A DNA stretch of 62,939 bases, counting the filler, from Basidioascus undulatus (Eukaryota), in NCBI GenBank assembly GCA_000826855.1. It is 10 parts of 10 records of this genome, joined end to end, with 100 filler letters (N's around TTAATTAATTAA, not from the genome) between each part and the next. Parts side by side here need not be neighbours in the genome. Positions count along the whole stretch, not along the records: positions 31,547 to 54,140 come from JTLS01000294.1; positions 54,241 to 56,342 come from JTLS01002939.1; positions 56,443 to 58,542 come from JTLS01002940.1; positions 58,643 to 60,741 come from JTLS01002941.1; positions 60,842 to 62,939 come from JTLS01002942.1; 5 more parts are not named here. One strand, written 5' to 3'. Of the stretch, positions 51,920-62,939 are shown in pieces (position 1 is the stretch's first letter; every line of letters begins with the position of its first letter). The notes beneath the pieces are model-generated. The model had not been told where the DNA came from and did not search any database. It worked only from the letters and a program-made list of their open reading frames with translations. Both the position numbers and the translations under genes were made by a program.

Positions 51920-52952
51920 ATGTTTTCTGCTGCCTTTATAGCTCTTCTGCATGCTCTCGTCTTCGGCTCTGGACCAGTGGAGTTTCAGCAACCCCGTCGG
52001 GGAGTACGGTGCGTCGCTTCCAACCGCCTTGATGATAGTCCTTCACTAATCCAATCGGGAATCTTCACAGCGGCTTACATCTTCGGTAAACTAGAACAAC
52101 GAGGTTGCCTTGGTTGCGTCGGAGTACGCGAGCCCTGCGTCAAGTGCGTTTCTTCCTCTGGCACTGCTCCTTAAGGCGTACTTGGTTGAACCGGACTGGG
52201 ATAAGGCTCCTCCACCAACAGTGTCAAGGTCACCATTAATCGAAGAGTATCTGCATGCTGCATTCCGAGCTCATCCCGCAGACGAGCTCCGACCTGAAGG
52301 GGAACTTCTTCTTCCACATCTCGCTGCTCATCCCCTCGACCAACACACTTGACTCATGAGCCTCACCATTTCGTCAGATCACAGTGGAATGGGCCTCGAT
52401 TTCGAGTTTCCGGATGCGCGGGGGCACTTCTTTCAGGTCCAACGAGAACCAGATCGTCTTCTGGGAGGACCACGCGGCCGAGCTCAAGTTCGGGCAGCTG
52501 TCCGACCAGAGCTGTTCCAAGCCCAACCTCATCCGCTTCCTCGTCTCCTCCAACACTGTGTGGTATCTCAGGCCCGCCCTGGACACCTGGTGCGCGTTCC
52601 CGTCCCCTCCCTCCTGTCCACATCCCACCCCTTCATGCTTACGCTCCGCGCCCTCCAGGTACAACTTCGCGATCGAGACCTCCTCCGACGGCTCGGGCGG
52701 GCTGTGGTACTCGAAGGCCGCCGACGCGCTCACGAAGGTGTACACCGGCGCGACGACTTGGGGGGGGGGAACCAGTTCCACGTTGGCGCGTTCCAGCTGA
52801 CGAATGGCGAGCCGAATGACGGGAACAAGGAGATCTGGTACTCGGGCGTGTTTGTGGAGGATAGGGAGGTTACGACGGCGGTTTGTCGGGCGCCAGCGGG
52901 GGAGCATGCTGGGAGAGGCGGAGCGTGGAGAGGTCGCGGAGCTTTCAGCTAA
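51920..52952 (+). pseudogene. Glycoside hydrolase family 131 (broad-specificity beta-glucanase), frameshifted
   Basis: Signal peptide from ATG 51920; motifs SELIPQT, FFFHIS, QIVFWEDHAAELKFG, WYNFAI, GLWYS...LTKV, FHVG and WYSGVFVE...TT. Frameshifts near 52240-52255 and in the G10 run at 52760-52769. Confidence 0.8.
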
Positions 52953-53381
52953 ACACTGCTGTGCAGGACCAGTCGGTGTGTTGTGTGCTGTGAAGGATGG
53001 CTATGAGCAACCTTATATTGGCATCTTTTCATAATTGCTCGGAATCGGAGCATGCACGCAGAGCCCTTGAAGGGCTGAGCTTTTGAGGACGATGTTCGGG
53101 TCCCAGTTGGCGTTCATTCAACTTCAGGGTTTTGAACCATCTTCTATTACTAGAGTTGACTGTGTACCTGGCAGTGTAACCATGATGTTTTTTGGGCCTC
53201 AGTATGGATTTCAGAACCAGAACACCCCCCGGCTTGTGTGCAGCTGCATTTCGGCGGATGTTAGGGGACTTTCGTATGCAATCATGCCGGACTGGAATGA
53301 AGGTCACGAGAGTAATACATGCATGCATCTCACTTCACAATGAGAGCACGTCTGGATAATTGCGTTCACGACGTTACACGC

Positions 53382-53990
53382 TCAAAGGCCTACCGCCTCC
53401 TCCGCCACCTTATGCGACGCGCACCATTGGCAGTCATGCGTCAGCCTGATAATCCGGGAGCCAAGCATCAAGAATAACGCACCGCCTTGTGTTTCTTCCA
53501 GTCGGTGCGGGATCGAGCAGTACGCGACGCCTCTGCAGCTTTTGCACATTGAATTGCAAGGAGCGCTGCAGACTTCGCACCACCAGACCTCAAGCCGGAC
53601 GAAGCTGTCGAACTCTTGGATTTCGAGATAGAGAGAAACCGCAGGCTCCGGTAGCAGCAAGCGCCTTCTTGAGCAGGTCAAGCCGCGCAGCGCGAGGGCG
53701 GCCCTGATGAAAGCTCTGCAGAAGGCAGCGCAGCAGGTCGTCAGGCGGCGGCGGAGGGATGATCGAGTCGCATTCGAACTGAAGCCACGAGGGCGGTGCG
53801 GGAAGGCCGACCGCCTCGGACAAGAGAGTGCGAACGCGAACGTAGAGCCGATGTGCCTCTATAGTGCTTGGGTCGCTCTGGCGAGGGCTCAACAGCGAAA
53901 AGCCCAGGGCCGCCCGTTCTGGAAACAGCACAGTCACGACTTCGCCCTGCCCGACAGCAATCGAGAGGTCGGTATGAAGCTGTTCAATTT
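53382..53990 (-). pseudogene. C-terminal MYND zinc-finger protein, disrupted
   Basis: CEVC...CKSCRGVAYCSIPH then, out of frame, DWKKHKA (short deletion near 53504). A further frame change lies near 53650. Confidence 0.65.
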
Positions 53991-54140
53991 AGCCACTTAC
54001 ACAGGCCAGACCTCCCCAACCCAAAGTACGAAGAATAATACAAACATACATAGTCTCAATAATGCGTGTGCGTGGGGCTGTTTGGCTGCTGGCGGTTGTG
54101 CTTTGGACCGCAATGTTTCGTTTCTGCGAGTATGTCCATC

Positions 54141-54240
54141 NNNNNNNNNNNNNNNNNNNNNNNNNNNNNNNNNNNNNNNNNNNNTTAATTAATTAANNNN
54201 NNNNNNNNNNNNNNNNNNNNNNNNNNNNNNNNNNNNNNNN
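54141..54240. other. Artificial contig linker
   Basis: N44-TTAATTAATTAA-N44. Confidence 0.99.
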
Positions 54241-54691
54241 TTTGCGCGGAGGAGAGGTGCTCGTACCGCTGTGTGCGGGGTGGGTTGAGCTGAGGGCATG
54301 GGAGGGGGGGTGGGGGAGGGACGCAACTGGGTGCGACGGCGGAAAAGACGATGAGGAGGATCCCCGTCGTCGTGTGCCGCGTTTCGAAGATCGGGTGGTA
54401 GGCTGCTCGATCATTCCAACATCAGCATTCTTTCTCTCTCTCCCTCACTTTCTGCGGAGAGCGGATGGGGAATGAGGTGGAAAGAGGGGGGAGAAGGGTG
54501 GGATAATTGGGTTAGAAGAGGGTGAGAAGAGGGGACATACGGATCAACGCAAAGATCCCAAACAGGAGCATGACGATCGACCCCGCGCCGAGGAGGGTGT
54601 ACACGAGCGAGCTGAATAGCGCGGAGAGCGAGAATGCCGCGGCAGCGGTGACGGCGGTCGCGGTGTTGGAGTGGGAGTTGGAGTTGGACAT
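54241..54691 (-). CDS. Hypothetical membrane protein, N-terminal part
   Basis: ATG at 54691; hydrophobic helix LFSSLVYTLLGAGSIVMLLFGIFALI followed by introns and a second hydrophobic exon (GILLIVFSAVAP). Confidence 0.5.
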
Positions 54692-55702
54692 CGCTGCGTG
54701 TTGTTGGGCTGTACTTCTTCGAGGGAGGGAGGGATGGGGTGGGGGCAGTAGGAGAGGGAGAGGAAGAGGGGAGCAGAAAAAGCGTGGATTTGTGTGCGCG
54801 CATGCGTGGACGGAGAGGAGGGGTGGAACGTATGTGAACGAGTCGTTGCGTCGCAGACTGAACTGAAGGCCAGCCCAGGCCAGGTGCGCGCAGGCAGTTG
54901 AGTGTCGCGCATCAAATTTAAGACAAGACAAGTTAGTCTGAGACCCTTCCGTCGTTCTTTCCGCCCGATGTCTCTGCCCCTGCCTCGGGCGTGGGTTTGG
55001 GACCGGGAGCGGGGTCAGAGGGCGGGGTGAAGATCGGATCCCCGAAGAAGGGCGGTTAGTAGACAAAATTGAGAGGTAGATATTAGTTCGAGAGATGCAA
55101 GGTGCGAGGTGAAGAGCGATCGAGAACAAGCGAAGGTGAGATGAGAGGGGTGAACGATCCAGGCACGTCTTGCTCCATCCTCATCCTCATCCGCGACCGC
55201 GTCCTGAGACCTGAGACCTGAGACATGAACAGCGCATGCAATAGCAGATCGCATCGCTAAACGCAGGATGTATAACGAGCAACGCACTCAGGGATGTCTC
55301 CCCCTCCTCTCCATCCAACCCCACTGATAGAGCCGGATCTCCCCGTAAAGCGAGGCGAGAGAAGAAGGAGCGAAAATTGCTCTCCCACCGCTCCGTTACT
55401 CGCCTGCTCTTGGAAAAGGGGAGAGGCGAGTGCGGGCTCGAGACAGCGCCGCATCGGTGGTTGAACGAGAAAAAGAGAAGGCACGGAGGGCGGCAAGAAG
55501 GTCTTCTCGCTCCGGTTAGGGATACCGGGGAACAGCCGTGGACGACTGGAGGATAGAGAAGGAAGGAAGGAAGGAAGGCACGGCACTGCTTGATTGCACG
55601 TGTCTCCCCCTCGAGGAATCGCTCTTCCGACGATTCACCGCCTTCCCTCATCAAACGCATTCGACAAACCTGAAGAGCAGGCAACAAGCAAACAACCAAG
55701 CA

Positions 55703-56342
55703 ATGGCCCGCTCCCGCCCGCCCTCGCGCGAGTCCTCCCCTTTGTGGCGATCCGCAGACGAGGAAACGCCCCTCCTCGACGGCGAGGGGGAGGACGGGCG
55801 CGAGGAGCCTGAAGGCCCCTCGCCCGAGGCGCTCGCGCAGTGCGAGGTGTACCCGCTTATTTGGAGTATCAGGAGGGATGTTATCGTGTGTTTTTCGTGT
55901 TATGTTAATGGGAGTTGACAGGGAGGCTTATGAAGGGGGTGAGGGCAGAGGAACATTGGTGCGCTTCTCGGGGGGTCGAAAGGGCAGGGAGAAGGAGCTG
56001 AACGGGCGGTGCGGGGGGGATAGAAACGCCGTTTACTGTGCGTGCTTTCCCATCTTCTCATACAAAGTTTTCTAGCTGAGCAGACCCCCTCCGCAGTGGG
56101 AGCAACTCCAATCCCCGCACCTCACGTACAATGTCGTCCAGTCCGTCTTCCCTCTCCGTCTTCCCCCTTCCCCCTCTCTCCTCTCTCCCCTTCCCCTCCC
56201 CCATCACCTTTCCCTAACACCCCATCCTCACCCAGGCAACTCGCCCTCAAATACGGCGCGCTCTACCAGCGGAACTGGGCCGTCGGTGCGTCTCCCTCTC
56301 CGCCCACATCCACTGCGTACACAAACTTCAGAAGGAAATATC
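55703..56342 (+). CDS. YVC1/TRPY1-like vacuolar cation channel, N-terminal part
   Basis: DEETPLL, then spliced VYPLIWSIRRDVI...TPFT-WEQLQSPHLTYNVV-QLALKY...NWAVV, matching the YVC1 N-terminal helical linker region. Confidence 0.7.
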
Positions 56343-56442
56343 NNNNNNNNNNNNNNNNNNNNNNNNNNNNNNNNNNNNNNNNNNNNTTAATTAATTAANN
56401 NNNNNNNNNNNNNNNNNNNNNNNNNNNNNNNNNNNNNNNNNN
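56343..56442. other. Artificial contig linker
   Basis: N44-TTAATTAATTAA-N44. Confidence 0.99.
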
Positions 56443-57458
56443 CCGAGGTCAGGAGAAGGGGAATGGGGGGGAGGAAGGGGAGGTGTGAGGACGAGCATGT
56501 GTGGTGTGATGTGGTGGGTTCGGGAGGAGAGGGTAAGGGTGTGGGTGTGGAGTATGTTGTGTTGGCTGAGGATGTGGGTGTGGAAGAGGGGGAGGAAGGG
56601 TGGTGCCTCAGTGAGGAAGGGCAGCGTCTGACGTTGGGTGGTGCGAGTGAGTGATGGCAAGAAGTTGTGAGGCAGAGGTTGAGAGGCACGCGGGATGGTT
56701 GTCAACCCTCAGCGTGGCTCGACGCTACCAGCCGCGTGCATGGGACTCTTACACAAACGGGTGTGTATGATCCTCGTCCCACCGCACTTCTGTCATTAAT
56801 ACCCTCCTCCCTCTCCTCTCCCACTCCCAGCGCTCCGATCCCTCATCCCCCATCCCTCACAGCCTCTTCCTCCTCTTCCTCCTCCTCCTCCTACTCCAAC
56901 TCCCCAACTCCTCTCCGCTGCGCCTCACACGCCCCACCGCACAACGACACCCACCCACTCACAGCTATCGGTCCCCCGCCCGCTCTGATGTCTTCCCCCG
57001 TCGATCCTCCGCACCGTCTGTCGATCCTCAGGCGGCAAACGTCAAAAGGTGGCGTGGGAATCTGCCGGACGTCGATCCTTTTGGCGGTGACATCATTTTT
57101 GCGTGAGGAAGACGGGCCGGACGTGCCGAAGGATGCAAAGGGTTTGGTTTGGGGGGTTCCGCGGAAGTGGCGGCCTGACAACGCGTTTTCTTCACTTCGC
57201 CTCTTGGATATGGCAGTGCGCCAATATGAAGTCCTCATGGATTTTTTTCTTGCAGTTGAAAGTACAATCATAATGACTTTCAACACAGCCTGAAACCATC
57301 GTGCAGCTGCACCCCAGGCCATAGCAAGCGAACGATCGGCCGAACCTCTGCACGTCGACAGCTGGACGTCTTCTCATCTTCCATCTTCCCATCTTCCTCT
57401 TCTCCCCATCCTTCTGCCATCCTCTTCCCTCTCCACCCCCCCCTTCGTCCCACCCCAA

Positions 57459-58430
57459 ATGTCTTTCGCCGACGACCTCATCTCCTCCGACCCCGAGCTA
57501 TACAAGCTCGCGACCGAGTCCGTTGTTTCCCCCCGCTTCCCCTTCCCTTCCCCTCCCTTGCTTCCCACTTTCCAGTCTCCCAACCTCACGCTGATGTCGA
57601 GGTCTCGCTACGCTCGACCAGGCACCCCTTCCTCAAATCCCTCGGCGAGGGCTGCATCCCCGATGCGGCCGTCGCAAAGTTCCTCGAGCAAGACCGGTGT
57701 GTCCCCACCGCCTCCTCATCCCACCATCCCAGCTTCTCACTCCCTTTCCGCCAGGTTGTTCGCGCTCGGTATCTCCCCTCCCGCCTCCCGTGAAATAGAA
57801 GGGTGAACCGATTGACTGACTGACGGGTTGGGAAAAGGCTACGGCGCCTTCCTCGGCCAGACGATTGCGCGCGTGCCCATCGTCACGCAGCGCTCGCCGC
57901 CGCATAGCGCGGAGGATGAGGAGCTGCTTTCACTCGTGCGTCCTCCTCGTCCCCTCCTCCTTCCCCTTTCCTCTCTTCACAGGAGCTGATACGGAAGGCG
58001 GAGCCAGCTCGGCTGGGCAGTAAGCAACGGCTTGCGCGAAGTCAAGATGTTCCCTGCCACCTTGCAGCGCCTGGGGCTTTCCTTCTCCCCGTCCGCGCCG
58101 GCGGACGACGCCTGCCTCGCCTACATCGACTACCTCCGCGCCCTTCCGTCGCTCCCCGTAGCCCTAACCGCGCTCTACGCGCTCGAGAAGATCTACCTCT
58201 CCGCGTGGTCGTACGCCAAGTCCCTCTCCTCCTCGGAGAACAAGTACGCGGAGCTGCTGGACAACTGGACTTGCGCAGAGTTCGTCAAGTTTGTGGATGT
58301 CGATTTGCGACGGGAGGTGGAGCGTGTTGGGCGGGAGGCGGGAGCGGAGGAGCGGAGGAGGTGTAAGGAGGTCTGGAGAAGGGTTGCACAGCTGGAGCTG
58401 CTATTTTGGGAGATGGCGCTGAAGGCGTAA
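57459..58430 (+). CDS. TenA/THI-4 (thiaminase II / PET18-like, heme-oxygenase fold) protein
   Basis: Spliced ATE-HPFL..LGEG...FLEQD...Y, then AYIDYL, LYALEKIYLSAWSYA, LLDNWTCAEF and VAQLELLFWEMA*. Confidence 0.88.
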
Positions 58431-58542
58431 GTCGAGATAATAGACAAGCATTGTATAGAGCGGATTTCAATGTATCGCGTGAACCAATTGAGAAAGACCG
58501 CGGGGTCACGCCCCCTTCTGCCCATACTTTAGCTCCCTCAGC

Positions 58543-58642
58543 NNNNNNNNNNNNNNNNNNNNNNNNNNNNNNNNNNNNNNNNNNNNTTAATTAATTAANN
58601 NNNNNNNNNNNNNNNNNNNNNNNNNNNNNNNNNNNNNNNNNN
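58543..58642. other. Artificial contig linker
   Basis: N44-TTAATTAATTAA-N44. Confidence 0.99.
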
Positions 58643-60741
58643 GAGCGTGTACATCGCCCGGCCGTAGGGCAGCGCGTGCGTCCGAGGCAGGAGCGACTCG
58701 ACGACGAGATGCTGCTCTTTGATGAGCTCTTGCTCGCTGTTCGACACCCCCTCAGAATCAGCTCCCTGTTTTCTTTAAAATGCAACTAGATGAGACACGT
58801 ACTTCAGCCCCGCCCGCTCCTCCATTCGCACGACAGACGGGATCGCGCTTGAGAGCATCTTGCTGACCTCGCGGAGCCTGCGGTCCTGCGCAAACCGGAT
58901 CTTGGGGATCTCGTCGTTATCGAGCTCGACGCCCGTCAGCCGGGGCTTCTTGGCCGGAGCCGCCACCGTCGGGCCCGCGACCATCAGGGCGTCCATGACT
59001 GCGCTGGTGGTCGGTCTGGAACCCTCCTCCACCTGGCGCACCCACGTCGCACATCAATACCCTACTCTCTCTGGTCCGACTCTCACCCCTGTACAAAGGA
59101 GGAAACGCGAAGAGGGAAAAGGAAAAGGACCGCAGACTTACGTTCGACCTCCTCTCCCGCCCGGCCGTTCCCCCCGCCTCCACCGCCGTAAGCCTCTTCA
59201 AATCCCTCCTCCCCACCAATTCACACATCTCCGCGCCCCACTCGCCCCTCGGCTCAACCTGGCACGTCCTCAGCGCCTCCCACAGGACAGCCGCGACGCC
59301 CACCGGCGCGCCCGCGACGTGCGCGCGCGTGAGCCCGAGTCGGAGCATCGTCTCTGCTGCGAGCGCCGCGCGGGCAGTGGAGTCCCCAGGTCCGGCGGAG
59401 GGGCCGGGGTGGGTGGCGGAGGGGGAGAGGGAGGACGGGGAGAGGAGCGAAAAGAGCGTGAGGAGGGAGGTTGTGAGGTGCAGGGCTCCGGGAGAGGGGG
59501 TGGGGAGCGGGTAGGCGCTGGGTTGGTGGGAGAGGGAGAGGCGCGCAAAGAGGTCGGTTAGGAGCGGGGGGGGCGCAGGATACGCCGACCTTGCGGCCAA
59601 GGAGGCTTCGGCTGGATCATCAACATCGGCACTAGGGACGTCGGCGGCGTCCTCGTCCACCGCATCACACCCGCCGGCGGACGGGCGGAGAGTGTAGCGC
59701 TGGTGTTGACGCATTCATCAGGACATACATATCCCTCACCCCTCAGCCCTGATCCCTCACTGCCCACTGCTACCGAGCTTGCGCTGGGGAGGGCCATGCT
59801 CGTTCCGGGGAATAGGGACTGGCGATGGGCTCCGTGGGGAGGGATCTGACGCCCTGGAGATTGTCCGCCCTTCAGGAGTTGCCTCGCCGCACTCTTGCAT
59901 CTCACCCTCGTCGTCCCTTGAAGATTCACGATTTCGATCAACTTACGATTTCGCCAATCCTCGCGCTGCTCTCGGTCACTCTCCAACCTCAACCGATTCC
60001 TCGCTCGGCCTTATCCCTCCCGGCCTCTAAACAAAAGCGTCGGCTCTCATACCCGTCGCGCACGCCCATCACCGAAGCTCGCCCTTCTCGAAACTCGCAC
60101 TCGTCTTCCATTGACCTGGACCTCGTCTTCTATTGACCTGGACCGCTCGTCTGTTCGTCCAACCCTGCTTGCCCGCAGGTCCAGCTTCCTCGCACATGTC
60201 TCTATCGCTTCGTCTACCTGTCCCACTGTTCTACTAACAACAGAAAGAGGGAAAAAGGGCGGAGCGGGGCGAGGCGATTCTTCGTGCGGGAGGCTTCCCC
60301 GAGCCTCGGGAGGAGCAGGCGAGGGAAGACGGAGACGAGCGATGTTACAGGCGCGCGAATATCTCAGGGATCATGTTGCTGCTTGGAAGGCAAGGTCAGC
60401 CGCTGCAATCCTCTGAGCTGATTGACACAGGGCGGAGGGGCACGTCGCTTGTTGAGGGTGGGTACCAAGGCTGCGCTGCTGCTCAGGCACGCAACGCCGT
60501 GACGGACGAGGCAAGTAGACAGAACCTCGTCCCGGTAACAATAAATCAAGGCGTCGATTACTCGCATCCGACCTCCTCTCCTTGACTCATGATCACTTCT
60601 TCTTTCTCTCCTCCCCCTTCTCCCGCCGTACCGTCGCCCCCTCCCTTACCCTCCTCTTCTCCCACTCCGCTCTCCACCTCCTCCACTCCTCTCCCGTCCC
60701 CTCTGCGGCCCGCTGACGCGCCCGCCCGACTCGCAGGTCTG
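58643..60741 (-). CDS. APC1: Anaphase-promoting complex subunit 1, internal fragment
   Basis: PVGVAAVLWEALRTCQVEPRGEWGAEMCELVGRRDL (middle domain) and RFAQDRRLREVSKMLSS...EQ...RTRALPYGRAMYT, both characteristic Apc1 motifs. Confidence 0.85.
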
Positions 60742-60841
60742 NNNNNNNNNNNNNNNNNNNNNNNNNNNNNNNNNNNNNNNNNNNNTTAATTAATTAANNN
60801 NNNNNNNNNNNNNNNNNNNNNNNNNNNNNNNNNNNNNNNNN
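60742..60841. other. Artificial contig linker
   Basis: N44-TTAATTAATTAA-N44. Confidence 0.99.
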
Positions 60842-61330
60842 GGGGGCTTCGGGGGCGGGCGGACGCGGTGAGAGCTTGGAGGCCGGAGCTGATTGGGGAG
60901 GGGAGATGGCGGCGTTCGGGGTGTCAGTCTCGGGATGAAACTGAGCTGCACAGTGGCCGTGCAAGCAAGCCCCGGGAAGAATGGGCAGCCCACAATCGAG
61001 GTGACTTGAAGAATAGTGGAGAGAGCAGAATAAAGATATGGTCTATACGGCAGGGAGAACGCAAGCTGCTCAAACACCGAGGGTCGCTCGGCCAGTCGTA
61101 TGCACAGACATGCCCCGCCTCCCCATCCCCACACCAGGCACTCACCCAACCCAGCGGCACCCGACCTTCCTCAACCCCAAGTGCACCATTCGGCAGCTCA
61201 CCTCCTTGCGCCTTCACATTCCGCGCCTCTTCCTCATCGCAGCTCTCCCCGTCCGCGTCTTCGTCCGAGTCGGTCGGGCCCACCGCAGCGGGCTCGTGCA
61301 GCTGCGGCGCCTGCGCGGTGGATACGAGCA
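60842..61330 (-). CDS. Hypothetical protein, N-terminal part
   Basis: MLVSTAQAPQLHEP...DSDEDADGESCDEEEARNVKAQ|gtgagc, then exon PYLYSALSTILQVTSIV. Confidence 0.4.
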
Positions 61331-62119
61331 TGGCTCCTTGGGTTGCTGCTATTTGAAAGGCAGGATAGGTGGGAGGGTAGCGGTAGAAGTTCAAGGAGAA
61401 CAAGGGTGCGGTGGGTGCGGATGCAGACAGAGGAAGAACGTGAATTGACGATTCCGGAATGGCGGGAGCGAGAATGACAGGCGGCCCGTTGCGTCAATAA
61501 GGCTATGCACAGTGAAGTAGTTCTCGGTTAGGAACACACTCTTCTCATTTTAAAGACACGAAAATAGGCTGCAGAGATTATTTCAACGACCAGGGATGGG
61601 TCTGCGCGGAACGGCGTCTTGTTGCTACCGTCTACGTGCTCAGGAGCTGCGCGCGTCTTTGAAGTACTTGGCAGGGCTATCAGGATGCCCTCGATTTTTA
61701 ACTTAACGAAGGACTCAGGAATAGGGTAAATAGACAAGAATGAGTGTTATCGAACTGACATGGCGCTCAATGTACGGCGAATTGCACTGGGTACTGCATG
61801 CTGCCATTGCACCGCTAAGCGACGCCGCGTTACGACTCCGACTGTACATCGATTCCAAAATACAAGTAGAGTCATTTCTTGTGCTTTTAATATATCACGT
61901 CCAGACAGGTTTTCCGAATGCAGACGATCAACGTAAGCAGAAAGCGGCCATTTTGAAAGCGACTGCGATGTCAGATCCGTGGTCCAACCTCGGACTACAG
62001 AGACCTCAATAGCGCCAAACAGCGCCGCCCATCTCGCGCAGTGCCGCAACCGCTCCCTCTCTTCGTTTCACCTTCATCCACTCCACAAACCCATCTCACC
62101 CCCAGCTGTCAGGTCATCC

Positions 62120-62939
62120 ATGAGCGATCTCCCCGTCTCCCACCCCGACAGCTACTGGAACTCGCCATCCATCGGCGGGTTCCACGTCCCGCTCAACGGG
62201 CCATACCACAACCTGCCCCTGCGGGAGTGCGTCTCCCAGAAGACAGGCGAGCTCGACGCCGAGCGGCTGTTCTGGTACTCCCAGCAGGATTGGATGAGGG
62301 CTAGGAAATACGTCCGTCCCCTGTGATCCCCCTGGTGTTCTCTTCACGGGGGAGGGCGATACTGAAAGGGAGAATGCGGTGGATGGTTAGGATGAGTTTC
62401 GCGCTGCGCTTGAGGGCTTTTTGGAGGGCCTGCGCGTGAAGGGGGGCGAGACAAAGGTGCCGTTTGGGAAGAAGCATAGGGGCCAGAGGCTCAGGCAGTG
62501 CAGGGACGTCAACTGGGTGCGCTGGTGCGGGAACAATCCGCGCCTCGCCAAGTCGGTATGTTCCCACCTCTTACCCCACATCCTCCTACCCCACATCCTA
62601 AACCCACACCACTCACATTCGGACTCGTCTTTATCTGTTTGGACGGGCAGTACCCCTTCTTCATCTCCATCGCGCTCGAGTACGAGAAGGCGACGTACCG
62701 CCACGAAGACGCGATCCAGGACGTGGAGACGTCTACGGGCGCTCTCCGCGAGAGCTCGGATGAGTGGGAGGACGAGATTGAGGAGACGGACAGCTTGGAT
62801 GGGTTCGTGGTGCCTGAACCGGAGGAGGGGGAGGGGGAGGGAAAGGACGCGGGGGATGAGGGGGATCCGACGGGCGATGAGGAAAAGGACGATGAAAGCA
62901 GCGCGGAGGAGACGGAGAAGTGGAGCAGCGATGAAGAGG
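62120..62939 (+). CDS. Hypothetical protein with a PFGK-x-RG motif and an acidic tail (partial)
   Basis: ATG at 62120; three exons giving ...VPFGKKHRGQRLRQCRDVNWVRWC...YPFFI...DSLDGFVVPE followed by a D/E-rich region. Confidence 0.6.

Overview
Eukaryotic (fungal, basidiomycete-type) genomic DNA with many short spliceosomal introns (GTGAGT/GTGCGT/GTAAGT donors, CTRAC branch points, YAG acceptors). The window is not one locus. It is ten contigs joined by an artificial 100-bp linker (N44-TTAATTAATTAA-N44): two of about 22.6 kb (1-22623, 31547-54140) and eight of about 2.1 kb. Recognisable genes that are intact or cut only by contig ends: Atf1-type bZIP factor (N-terminal part), KRE2/MNT1-family GT15 mannosyltransferase, CPL1/PriA-like Cys-rich protein, SIN3, ABCC transporter N-terminus, mitoribosomal uL24m, tRNA-Ile(AAT), GDA1, MBOAT_2 acyltransferase, CFEM-like GPI protein, UBA-C2H2-UBX protein, YVC1-like channel, TenA/THI-4 protein and APC1. 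The most notable signal is on the two long contigs, which carry many decayed accessory genes (carboxylesterase, PLAC8, two F-box genes, GH131, two MYND genes) plus orphan intron-retaining fragments of MET10 and OPY2, while neighbouring housekeeping genes read cleanly. I found no convincing novel multi-gene system. Gene erosion and gene-fragment capture are the best leads. All gene models are hand-spliced, all family calls come from remembered motifs rather than searches, and some boundaries are approximate.
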